Shown here one piece after another: positions 51,615-60,717 of a stretch of DNA of 64,000 bases. Source of the stretch: Planctomycetota bacterium (GTDB lineage: Bacteria; Planctomycetota; SZUA-567; H5-PLA8). The notes beneath the pieces were generated by a model. The model had not been told where the DNA came from, did no database searches, and worked only from the letters and a program-made list of their open reading frames with translations. Position 1 is the stretch's first letter, and each line of letters begins with the position of its first letter. The translations under genes and the position numbers were made by a program. The stretch spans positions 96,001 to 160,000 of the forward strand of contig JBBRPR010000012.1 in NCBI GenBank assembly GCA_038227875.1, written 5' to 3'.

Positions 51615-53111
51615 ATGGGCGTGACATTATCTTCGGCTGCGACAGGCCTCCAGACGTCCGCGCAGAAGCTCGGCGACCTTGCCGTTGCCGCGGGTGGTTA
51701 TCTGGCTCGCGGACGAGCGGACATGACGGTGCGCGGTATTTTCACGGACACGCGTACGCCGCTCAAGGGCGGGCTGTTTGTCGCCCTGCGAGGGGACAAT
51801 TTCGACGGCAATCACTTCGCCGCCGATGCAATCACAAAGCTCGGCGCGGCGGCGGTGCTCATCGACCGACCTGAAGCGCTGGACACGCTGCCGCCCAACG
51901 CCGCGGCGATTCTCGTCGAAGATTCGCGCGAAGGATACCTGGGCATCGCTGCGCACCATCGCCGTCAGCTCAACCAGGTGCTCTGGATCGGCGTGACCGG
52001 CTCCGTGGGCAAGAGCACCACCAAGGAGATGCTCGGCTACATTCTCGAACACGCGTCGGGCTGGCGCGATCAGGCGGCGTGCTGGAGCGTGCACCGCGCC
52101 AAGGAAAGTTTCAACAATGCCGTCGGCCTTTCGCACACAATTCTCGCTGCGAACCGGCAGCACCAGGCGTCGGTGCTCGAACTGGGCACCAATCATCCCG
52201 GTGAGATCAAGCAGCTTGCCGCCGTAGCGCGGCCGCAGATTGCCGTGATCACCTGCGCGGCCGAGTCGCATCTTGAAGCGTTCGGCAGCATCGCCAATGT
52301 CGCGCGCGAGAAGGCGGCGATCCTCGCGTTTCAGACCGAGCGCGAAATCGCAGTACTGAACGCCGACGATCCGCATTTCGAACTCTTTCGCCAGGCCGCT
52401 CGCGGCCGCGTGGTTACGTTCGGCACTTACGCACATGCCGATTACTGCGTGCGACAGTTGACGCTGACGCAGGGCATGGCGCGATTCCTGATCCGCCACG
52501 GCGACAACATTGCCGAATGTGCGCTGCGCGTTCCGGGCGTGCATCAGGCCATGAACGCCGCCGCCGCGATTGCGGCCGCCTGCAGCGCGGGGCGTGACCT
52601 GCAGGACTGCGCTGCCGCGGTGAGTCACTTCGACGGCGTCGCGCGCCGTTTTGCCGTGCGCACGGTTCGCGGCGTGACGGTGATCGACGACGCGTACAAC
52701 GCCAATCCGGCCAGCTTCCGCTCTGCGCTGGCGACGTTGAAGTCAATGTCGGCGCTGCGCAAATTCGTGGTGGCTGGCGACATGCTGGAACTCGGTGACG
52801 CCACACACACTCTCCACCAGATGCTCGGCTCGCAGCTGGCGGAATGCGGCCTCCATCGTCTCATCACGGTCGGCGCGCTGGCGGGAGAAGCCGGTGAAGC
52901 GGCGATCGCATCCGGAATGAAACCATCGCAGTGGCTGGAGTGCAAGACGCCCGAGCAGGCCGCGCAGCAGCTTACGCCGCTGCTGGAGCATGGCGATGTC
53001 GTACTGGTGAAGGGTTCGCACGGCATCCATCTCGAACGCTGCATTGAACGGCTTTGCGGAGACTTCCGGCCCGCTGCCAACAGCTCGCGACTGGAAGTGC
53101 GCACGGCTTAA
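51615..53111 (+). CDS. murF: UDP-MurNAc-tripeptide:D-Ala-D-Ala ligase
   Basis: DTR, GDNFDGNHF, VTGSVGKSTTKEM, FNNAVG, ELGTNHPGEI, DDAYNANP, GDMLELG, VKGS; start uncertain. Confidence 0.94.
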   Translation: MGVTLSSAATGLQTSAQKLGDLAVAAGGYLARGRADMTVRGIFTDTRTPLKGGLFVALRGDNFDGNHFAADAITKLGAAAVLIDRPEALDTLPPNAAAILVEDSREGYLGIAAHHRRQLNQVLWIGVTGSVGKSTTKEMLGYILEHASGWRDQAACWSVHRAKESFNNAVGLSHTILAANRQHQASVLELGTNHPGEIKQLAAVARPQIAVITCAAESHLEAFGSIANVAREKAAILAFQTEREIAVLNADDPHFELFRQAARGRVVTFGTYAHADYCVRQLTLTQGMARFLIRHGDNIAECALRVPGVHQAMNAAAAIAAACSAGRDLQDCAAAVSHFDGVARRFAVRTVRGVTVIDDAYNANPASFRSALATLKSMSALRKFVVAGDMLELGDATHTLHQMLGSQLAECGLHRLITVGALAGEAGEAAIASGMKPSQWLECKTPEQAAQQLTPLLEHGDVVLVKGSHGIHLERCIERLCGDFRPAANSSRLEVRTA

Positions 53112-54016
53112 CGGTCTTTGATCGCGAGTCCTTCGAGTTTCTTGAGATCGTCCGAGCGCCTGTAGTGGAACGCCCAGAGGAAGATCTGGTTGCGTTCGGG
53201 GAAGTGTTGCACGCCGATCTTGTAGCGGAAGCAGACGCGGAAAATCTGGTCGGCGTGGCCCAGCGCCCAGATTGCGCGGCGTTGGTAGGCGACTCCGCCG
53301 TCCTCGCTTGGAATGAATTTCGGGCCGCGCAGACCCGCGATTCCGTTCAGGAATTCCGCGGCGAAGACATTCAGCGGCCGGCCGCTCAGCGCCATATCCG
53401 CCAGTGAAATCAAAAAGACATACAGTCGGCGGCTGCGCCACTCAAAGACCATCTGCTTGCGTCCCGAGAGGAAAATCGTTTCGGCGAGCTTAAAATCGCT
53501 GCTCAGCCGGAACGCAAAATCGAACGTTTCCCAGGGAACAATGGGGCTGTCGTGGATTTTCAGCGAATCGGCAATGCTACGCAGCAGCTCCGTCTCCTTC
53601 GTGCCGCTGGTGTTGTGGATTTCTTCTTTGTAGAAGTAGATCAGGAACGAGAAGAAGCGTCGTTGTTCGGTGGCCAGGCACGACGCGGCGAGCAGGTGGT
53701 TGCCGTCGGCCATCACGTACAGCGTGGCGAACCAGCCCTTGGGCAGTTCCGACAATTCCTTGCTGCTGAGCGCCTGCTTTTTGAATGCGCGCCCGGCCTT
53801 GGCGTAACGCTGTTGGATGCGCAGTGCGTTGAAGCGCGGCGGGAGGCGGGTCCATTCGGCGACCAGGCGCCGCACGGAGCCGTCGTCCATTTCAACATGC
53901 GAGCGGGTGGTGTTGGTTTCGTACGACGACATCTCCCACTCGTCGGGGACGCTGAACGAAATGCCGTCCCATGAAAAGGTGTGGAGTTTCGTTGCGGGAG
54001 TGGGCTTGCTTGGCAT
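53108..54016 (-). CDS. Hypothetical soluble protein, last gene of the membrane-transport operon
   Basis: 302-aa ORF (FSWDGISFSVPDEWE); same strand as the upstream ABC/OPT-like genes. Confidence 0.7.
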   Translation of the reverse strand: MPSKPTPATKLHTFSWDGISFSVPDEWEMSSYETNTTRSHVEMDDGSVRRLVAEWTRLPPRFNALRIQQRYAKAGRAFKKQALSSKELSELPKGWFATLYVMADGNHLLAASCLATEQRRFFSFLIYFYKEEIHNTSGTKETELLRSIADSLKIHDSPIVPWETFDFAFRLSSDFKLAETIFLSGRKQMVFEWRSRRLYVFLISLADMALSGRPLNVFAAEFLNGIAGLRGPKFIPSEDGGVAYQRRAIWALGHADQIFRVCFRYKIGVQHFPERNQIFLWAFHYRRSDDLKKLEGLAIKDR

Positions 54017-54026
54017 CGGAGCATTA

Positions 54027-54248
54027 GAAATTAAAAATTCAAAATTAAAAATTCAAAAACGCACGCGGGAGAATGTTGTTTTGGTTTAAAGTCGACTGTC
54101 GCGATTTCGGATTCCGCAGTCACCCTGTTGCAAATTTGCAACAGGGTTCCAGTAAATACCTTCTGGCCAATTGGCCAGAAGCACAACTAATGGTGGTGTT
54201 GTACCTGTAGAACACCTTGGGGACTGTAGTCCCTAAGGTCAGTTTGAC
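54027..54248. repeat. Second, inverted and one-ended copy of the palindrome-array element
   Basis: Reverse complement of ~587-805: heptamer runs + ATTCAAAAACGCACGCGGGAGA, then palindromes at 54122-54147, 54160-54181, 54195-54216, 54214-54239. Confidence 0.88.
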
Positions 54249-54989
54249 TCAGTGCGAGCCCACGCCTTCGATGCCGCCGATTTCGATGTTCACCTCGCCC
54301 TTCTTGGCGATGCGTTCGATCTGGCCGTCTTTGATCCAGATCACGCGGTCGGAGGCGTTGAGCATTTTCAAGTCGTGCGTGGCGGTGATGATCGTGATGT
54401 TGCGGTCGTTCTTGAGGCCGTTGAGCAGCTTGATAATCTCTTCACCGGTCTTGAGGTCGAGATTTCCGGTCGGTTCGTCGGCGAGAATGATCGCGGGCTT
54501 GTTGACCAGCGCGCGAGCGATGGCGATGCGCTGCTGCTGGCCACCGGAGACTTGATGGGGGAGGTGGTCGAGGCGATGGCCGAGGCCGACCTGCTCGAGG
54601 ACCTTCGCCGCGTCCTTGCGTGCGGTTTCCGGATCGATGCCGGCGAAGATGCGCGGAATGGCAACGTTTTCCAGCGCGGTCATTGTCGCGATCAGATTGA
54701 AGGACTGAAAAATGTAGCCGAGTTTGTGGCAGCGGACGAGCGCGAGTTGATTTTTGGAAATCGACGCGAGCTTGTAGCCTTCGACGGTGACGTTGCCGGA
54801 CGTCGGCGTGTCCAAGCCGCCGATCATGTTAAAGAACGTCGACTTTCCCGAACCCGACGGGCCCATGATCGAGAGGTATTCGCCGCGAATGATGTCCAGC
54901 GTGATCCCGCGCAGGGCGTGCACTTCCTCGTGGCCCATGCGGTAGACCTTGGTGACGTTCTCGGCGCGGACGATGATGTTGTCGCTCAT
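54249..54989 (-). CDS. ABC ATP-binding protein (LolD/MacB-like)
   Basis: GPSGSGKST, IFQSFNL, VSGGQQQR, ILADEPTGNLD, ATHD; start MSDN at 54989. Confidence 0.93.
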   Translation of the reverse strand: MSDNIIVRAENVTKVYRMGHEEVHALRGITLDIIRGEYLSIMGPSGSGKSTFFNMIGGLDTPTSGNVTVEGYKLASISKNQLALVRCHKLGYIFQSFNLIATMTALENVAIPRIFAGIDPETARKDAAKVLEQVGLGHRLDHLPHQVSGGQQQRIAIARALVNKPAIILADEPTGNLDLKTGEEIIKLLNGLKNDRNITIITATHDLKMLNASDRVIWIKDGQIERIAKKGEVNIEIGGIEGVGSH

Positions 54990-55669
54990 TCTTCCACCCT
55001 GAGCGCTTCGACGGGCTGCTTGGTGGCGGCCCAGTACGCCGGCGCGATTGAGGCAGCGACGGAAATCACCGTGCCGATGCCAAACGAAGCGGCAATGACG
55101 CCCATGATTTTCAGCCATGGGCAGTAGGTCCAGGCAAAACCGTGGAAGCTGAACGTCGAAGCGGCGAACCCGAAAATCAGCCCGATGAGGATGCCGACGA
55201 TAGTCGCCGCGACGCCCTGCAGCAGCGATTCGATGAAATATGTCTTCACGATGAACGAGTCAAGCGCGCCGACGCACTTCAGTGTGCCGATTTCCTTCAC
55301 GCGTTCGGTCACGGACATCAACATCGCGTTGACGATGCCGACCAGGCAGGTGATCAGCGATAAGGTGATGAGGATGAACATGCGGGTGTCGGTGCCGGCC
55401 ATGCGCATCTTGTCGATTCCGGCATCCTGGAGCAGCGCATTGATCGCGTCGCGGTCGGTGGTGCTGACGTCGATCAGGGCGTGGACCATGACGTGGTTGA
55501 CCAGCATGTAGCAGAGAAAGGCGATGGCCAGAATCACGCCGATCATGGCGACGAACGCGCGCATGCGGCGGCGCTTCAAGCTGCCCATGCTGACGGAAAA
55601 AACCACGGACCACGGCACCGTGTAGCTTTCAGGCACATCCGTCGAAGTTGTCACGGCATTTTCAGCCAC
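54986..55669 (-). CDS. Small FtsX-like ABC permease
   Basis: GIVNAMLMSVTERVKEIGTLKCVGA, PVEALRVEE. Confidence 0.88.
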   Translation of the reverse strand: MAENAVTTSTDVPESYTVPWSVVFSVSMGSLKRRRMRAFVAMIGVILAIAFLCYMLVNHVMVHALIDVSTTDRDAINALLQDAGIDKMRMAGTDTRMFILITLSLITCLVGIVNAMLMSVTERVKEIGTLKCVGALDSFIVKTYFIESLLQGVAATIVGILIGLIFGFAASTFSFHGFAWTYCPWLKIMGVIAASFGIGTVISVAASIAPAYWAATKQPVEALRVEE

Positions 55670-55683
55670 ACCACACCCGTTTC

Positions 55684-58650
55684 TTACGCCGCGCGATCCA
55701 GATCGATACGCGAATTGGGCAGATTGAACCAGTACCCCAGCACAAGCACGAGGGTTACCACGATCAATTCGCCGACAATCAAACCAATGAAGAACGCGCG
55801 CACGCGCGTGTATGTATCACGGCTGCCGTAGCGCGTCACCAGCGCCTTGGCCAGCCAGCCGAGGAAAATCGGGAACCAGTAGAAACGCATCAGCGGGTTG
55901 ATCAGCATGATCATCCCGATCGGATGCGGCAGCCAGAAGAGCGACTGGCGGAAGAAGAGCAGCGCCGCCATGGCCGTGGCGCCGGCGATCATCCACATGC
56001 CCAGCGAGAACGAGGCGGCCGGCGGATTCTGATTGACGCTCTTGAGCTGCGAATACAGATCCGGCGGCATGCCGGAGTAGAACCAGCCTTCCAGGCCGTT
56101 GGCGCCGTGCGCGTAGGCCATCATCAATGACGTGCCGATGGAGACGATCGCCGCCAGCGAAACGGCGACGACGATGGCCACGTGGTAGCGGCCGCGTTCG
56201 AGGCGCAGTTCATCGCGCATTTTCAAACTGTTGGCGATCATTGGGGCGATGAACGATTTGATGTCGAGGAAAAAGACGGAGTAGTAAACCATGAGCGGGG
56301 TGAACATTGCCGGCGAACTGTAGGACTGATCGAAGCCCAGGAACGTGCGGATAAAATGGAACGGACCGGCGAAGGCCTGGAAGCCCATGATGCCGCCCTC
56401 GGCGACCGCGCGGACCAGGCCGATGGTCAGCAGCAGAATTCCACCGAGGATCACCAGCGTGAAGCCGAGGTTCGCGCCCATGCCCTGCCACAGCATGAGA
56501 ATCAGCCCGAGGGTGCAGCCGACGAAAAGACCCGAGGACCAGCGCAATTCGCGCTGTTCATCGAATTCCAATTCCTTCACGACGCTGGGTGCAAACGCGC
56601 AGAGGAGATATTTGCGACACGTGTACAGCGCGACGCTGGCGAACACGATCATCGCACCTTCACCCTGGGCGGTGGCGAAATTGAGCGTGTACCACCAATT
56701 GCTGGGGAACGAGTCCATGTTCTCGCCGTAACCCAGTCCGCAAAGGATCAGCACCTGCAACAGGAAGAACAGGTAGAAGAACCAGAGCGAGAACGAGGTC
56801 TTCGCCGGCGTAAAGAACGAGAGCCCGATCACGGTGAAGAAAATTTGCGACTGCGCGCGGGGGATCAGCGCTTTCAGGAACGTATCTTTGATGTACTCGG
56901 CCCAGCCACCGTCAAGATTCAACGGCGCGATACCCTCAATCAGTCCGGCTTTGCTTAAAAAATTCCAACCCAGGATGCTGGCGGAAACGAAGAAGCCCAG
57001 CCAGAAGAGCCCGCTCTTAAACAGGTCGGGTACGCCACCCGGCTTCTCGTCGGAGTTTCCACCGATGATCATGGGCAGTTCGGCCAGTGGGTAGATCAGC
57101 TTTTCGTTGTGCGCCCATTGGCGGAAGATCAGCACGTTGAACGTCATCAGGATCACGTAGGTCAGAATCGCCAGCAGTCCCCAGCGCCAGAGCACCGGCC
57201 ACCACTGCGCCCATGGGGTGTCGCCGAAGAGGTAGCGCTTGGTCGAGACGTCGAACGACGGAAACTGCGCCACGATGGCACTCAACTGCGTGCGAGCCGC
57301 AGCGGCGGTCAGTTTGCCGGCAGTGATCTGCGTCGAAAATTGACGGAGATCGGCGACACAGGTCTTGATGCGGTTGGCGATTTCGAGTTGCTGATCCTTA
57401 TTTGTCCGTTGCAGCGTGAGGCGGTCGCGCTCGGCCTGGGCGCTGGCCTTCTGCTTGTTCAGGTCCTTGATCTCGGCGGTCAGCTGCGCCATCTGTTCCA
57501 TCGAAGCGCTCCGCTTGGCGGCGGTGCGTTTGGCCAGTTCCTGGTCGAGGCGTTCGATCTCCGCGCGGAGGTGTTCGACTTCGGCGATCAGATTTGACTG
57601 TGCAGCCGCGACGTCTTTGGCATCGCTGAGCGGTTCGAGCTTCGTGATCGCATTTTGCAGTGCACTGTCTTCGGACGATGCGACGAGGTCCTCGTCTTTG
57701 AGCGCTGCGAGTTTCGTGTTGAGTTCAGTCAGTCCGCTGAGCGCCGATGATCCGGTCGTCAGGCGATGCAGGCGGCCCCAGTAGCTTTGCGAATCGTCGC
57801 CGGGCACAGGGATGATGCCGGGATAGGCCTGCATCGTTTTTGGCAGGCCGCGCCGGAAGAGCTCAACCTTGGCGGCCGCTTTGTCGGTCAGTTGTTTCAG
57901 CGATTCCCTATGCGCCTCGACGAGCTTCTTCTGTTCGACAATTTGCGAGGGATACGTTTTGACGATCTCTTCGGGCGCGGGCGGGGGAGGGTTCTTGCTG
58001 GCGGCGTAGTTCTTCCAGAGCTTCTCCGCGTCGTCGGCGTAGCGTTGTGCGCGCGCGACGGCTGTTGCATGCGCGGGCTCCGGCAGGGCCTCTGCGGTTT
58101 TGACTTCGGCCTTGCGCGCCACGACGTCGTCGGCGAGTTTCTGGACCTTGCTCAGGTCTTCGTAGCGCACCAGGACTTCGCGGTACTCCTTCGCGGCGTC
58201 CTGGATGCCGGGCTCGGCCAGGAAATAATTTTCGCTGACGAACGGTTCGACGTAGCGGTTCCATTCGGCCTGCTCGGTGTTCCAATCCTTATAGAACATG
58301 CTGCCGACGATCGGCACCATCTGCATCGTCAGTCCGTAGATCGAAATGCCCGACGAGACGGCGCCCATGATGAAGACGATCAGGATTTCGGGAATCGTAA
58401 ACGGCTTGATGAAGCGAATCAGCTTTAAGAAAGGATTGAGCAGCAGGACCATCGCCAGCAGCAGCGCGTAACACAATGGTGCGATCTGCGTCGACGCGAT
58501 GTAGACCGGCGACGACGTGTTCATGCCGAGGATCGCGACGTAGGCGAAAAACGCGGAGAAGAACGCCCCCGCGAGCATCGCGCGGAAGGTGATCATGCGG
58601 GGTTTCTTCACGTTCGTTTCAGACACAATGGTTCCCAATTTCCCAAACAC
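55684..58650 (-). CDS. Large membrane protein, DUF6785/DUF6784-like, with long coiled-coil insertion
   Basis: ITFRAMLAG, RQWAHNEKLIYPL, WLPHPIG, ALVTRYG, FFIGLIVGE; heptad-rich segment at about aa 340-430. Confidence 0.72.
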   Translation of the reverse strand: MFGKLGTIVSETNVKKPRMITFRAMLAGAFFSAFFAYVAILGMNTSSPVYIASTQIAPLCYALLLAMVLLLNPFLKLIRFIKPFTIPEILIVFIMGAVSSGISIYGLTMQMVPIVGSMFYKDWNTEQAEWNRYVEPFVSENYFLAEPGIQDAAKEYREVLVRYEDLSKVQKLADDVVARKAEVKTAEALPEPAHATAVARAQRYADDAEKLWKNYAASKNPPPPAPEEIVKTYPSQIVEQKKLVEAHRESLKQLTDKAAAKVELFRRGLPKTMQAYPGIIPVPGDDSQSYWGRLHRLTTGSSALSGLTELNTKLAALKDEDLVASSEDSALQNAITKLEPLSDAKDVAAAQSNLIAEVEHLRAEIERLDQELAKRTAAKRSASMEQMAQLTAEIKDLNKQKASAQAERDRLTLQRTNKDQQLEIANRIKTCVADLRQFSTQITAGKLTAAAARTQLSAIVAQFPSFDVSTKRYLFGDTPWAQWWPVLWRWGLLAILTYVILMTFNVLIFRQWAHNEKLIYPLAELPMIIGGNSDEKPGGVPDLFKSGLFWLGFFVSASILGWNFLSKAGLIEGIAPLNLDGGWAEYIKDTFLKALIPRAQSQIFFTVIGLSFFTPAKTSFSLWFFYLFFLLQVLILCGLGYGENMDSFPSNWWYTLNFATAQGEGAMIVFASVALYTCRKYLLCAFAPSVVKELEFDEQRELRWSSGLFVGCTLGLILMLWQGMGANLGFTLVILGGILLLTIGLVRAVAEGGIMGFQAFAGPFHFIRTFLGFDQSYSSPAMFTPLMVYYSVFFLDIKSFIAPMIANSLKMRDELRLERGRYHVAIVVAVSLAAIVSIGTSLMMAYAHGANGLEGWFYSGMPPDLYSQLKSVNQNPPAASFSLGMWMIAGATAMAALLFFRQSLFWLPHPIGMIMLINPLMRFYWFPIFLGWLAKALVTRYGSRDTYTRVRAFFIGLIVGELIVVTLVLVLGYWFNLPNSRIDLDRAA

Positions 58651-58666
58651 TCTCTTTTTAGAAACG

Positions 58667-60664
58667 TCAGTACACCAGCGGCGACATCATCTTGATCAGG
58701 ATCGTAATTGCCACGGAGATCATCGCGATCAACCCCGTCCCGCACGCGAATCCCGCAGCCAGCACTGGAGCGTAGCGGTACCACATTTCGCCGAACTTCT
58801 TGTGAAAGTAATAGCGCCCCAGGAACGCGCCGGTCAGTTCCAGAAGCGCGGAGCAGGGCATGTTCTGCCCCAGGCCGCGGACAACGCCGAAGACCAGGAG
58901 CGTCGGCATGCCGAAGAAGGAGAGAACGAAGAACGAGCCCAATCCCGTGCCCAGTCCCCAGAGAAAATTCGGCCACTTCCACGCTTCGAGGAACGGCGAG
59001 GTTCCGCCGGTGGTTGCGCTGAAGGTCAGCGCAGTCTGCTTGGCTTTCAAGTCCCACATCTGCTGTGCGTAGGGATAGGCACCGGACGGGATGTCGGCCA
59101 TCTGCCAGAGCAATTGCGAGAAGATCAACGATGAGATGACGACAATCGGCAGCACGACGATCGTGGCCTTGATCACGCTTTTAAGTTTGGTGCCGGTGAG
59201 TTCCATGACGCGGAACGAGACGGTGGCTTCGCCGTAATTGGGAATCGGCGCCGGCGCGAACCAGATCTTTACTCCTTGATAGCCGCTGAGAATAAACGTC
59301 GCTTCTTTAATCAGCGGGATGCTGACCGCCTGGCCGGCGAGGCCTTCGAGCTTCGCTGTCGCGTAGGAAATCAGCGGCGTGTAGACCGTCGCGTAGAACG
59401 CGAAGAATTGCCACGGGAAACCTTCGATCAGGTAGCATGAGAGGACAATCCAGAATGTGCTGGTGAAAACGTAGATGCCCAGCGCGGCGTAGATCGAAAA
59501 GTCGCCGCGCCGCGGGTCGTTGGTGACCAACCGTTGCCAGGCGCTGGGCTCCGACGCATCGACGCTCTTGTCTTTGGCCACGCCGGCCCTGGCGAGCCTC
59601 CGCAGCGCGATCATTGGCGCGATGATTTGAATCATGCTGATGATGACGATGGCGATGGTCTGCCCCACGCCGAACGACAGGTAGAAGTCGACGGTGTTGC
59701 TGTAGAGCGTATCGGTCACCCGCATCTGCGGATTCCAAGTGGTGAGAATGCCCCACTTATAGAGCAGCGGATTGAGGATGAACGTGGAGAGCACCCCGAT
59801 CGCGCTGCCGATCACCGCCCAGAACGGCAGCACCATACCCCAGATGATCGAGCCGATATCGAAGGAAAAGTTGACCGGCGTCGCGGGAAGCACGGAGGAT
59901 GTTTGCGGCGTGAAGTCGACCCAGGGAATGGGCAGCAGTTCGATCTTCTTGCTGAGAATCTGTGAGGTAATCGCCGGGATTCCGATATAGATCGAGGCGA
60001 AAATGATTCCCACCACGCCGCCGATCGAGAAGCAGCGCCAGCGCCACGGTTCCTTCGAGCCCTTCGGATCCGTCAGTGCCGTGATGCCCGACGCGCTGAC
60101 CGGCGCCATGGGAAACGGCAGCTTTTCGACGTCGTTGGTGATGCGGTAAAGAACGTAGCCCAGTCCATATTGATCGAGCTTGCCGATCACCAGCCCCAGC
60201 GAACAGAGCATAATCGGCGTGAACCAGCCAGCGGTGAAGAAGGTGCGCCCGCTCGCACGGATCGTCGCCGCCGAGGGCGCGAACCAGGTGGGAATATCCT
60301 GCGCCATGCCCATGGAGCGCATCGCGTCGGACTGGACGAGGTACTGATTCCAGAGCAGGCCTTCAAAGGGGGAACTCAGCGCCATGCCGGACATGAAGAA
60401 GAGGATGTAGACTTCCTGCACTTTCAATTCTTTGAGCGAGCGGCGGGCAATTTCGGCGAAGAGAATGACCGTGACCCACTTTGCCGCGTCGCTGACGCCG
60501 CCGGATCCACCGACGAAGAGATTCAGGTACATCGACGCCGGGAGCATGAAGAAGCCCACGAACGCCGCGCCGGCCGCCGCACGCCAGTTGAAACCATCCT
60601 CGAAGTGCTCGGGCGGTTTCATCAGATCGCGGTAGCGATTGAGTTCTGCGTCCTGTTTGAACAT
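58667..60664 (-). CDS. OPT-like oligopeptide transporter membrane protein
   Basis: FEDGFNWRA, MLPASMYL, AAKWVTVILFAEIARRS, DVEKLPFPMAPV, IPSGAYPY; many TM helices. Confidence 0.7.
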   Translation of the reverse strand: MFKQDAELNRYRDLMKPPEHFEDGFNWRAAAGAAFVGFFMLPASMYLNLFVGGSGGVSDAAKWVTVILFAEIARRSLKELKVQEVYILFFMSGMALSSPFEGLLWNQYLVQSDAMRSMGMAQDIPTWFAPSAATIRASGRTFFTAGWFTPIMLCSLGLVIGKLDQYGLGYVLYRITNDVEKLPFPMAPVSASGITALTDPKGSKEPWRWRCFSIGGVVGIIFASIYIGIPAITSQILSKKIELLPIPWVDFTPQTSSVLPATPVNFSFDIGSIIWGMVLPFWAVIGSAIGVLSTFILNPLLYKWGILTTWNPQMRVTDTLYSNTVDFYLSFGVGQTIAIVIISMIQIIAPMIALRRLARAGVAKDKSVDASEPSAWQRLVTNDPRRGDFSIYAALGIYVFTSTFWIVLSCYLIEGFPWQFFAFYATVYTPLISYATAKLEGLAGQAVSIPLIKEATFILSGYQGVKIWFAPAPIPNYGEATVSFRVMELTGTKLKSVIKATIVVLPIVVISSLIFSQLLWQMADIPSGAYPYAQQMWDLKAKQTALTFSATTGGTSPFLEAWKWPNFLWGLGTGLGSFFVLSFFGMPTLLVFGVVRGLGQNMPCSALLELTGAFLGRYYFHKKFGEMWYRYAPVLAAGFACGTGLIAMISVAITILIKMMSPLVY

Positions 60665-60717
60665 CAGCGGTTCGTTTTCACTCCGTCGACTTCAACACAT
60701 CATGAACGTCAACAACG

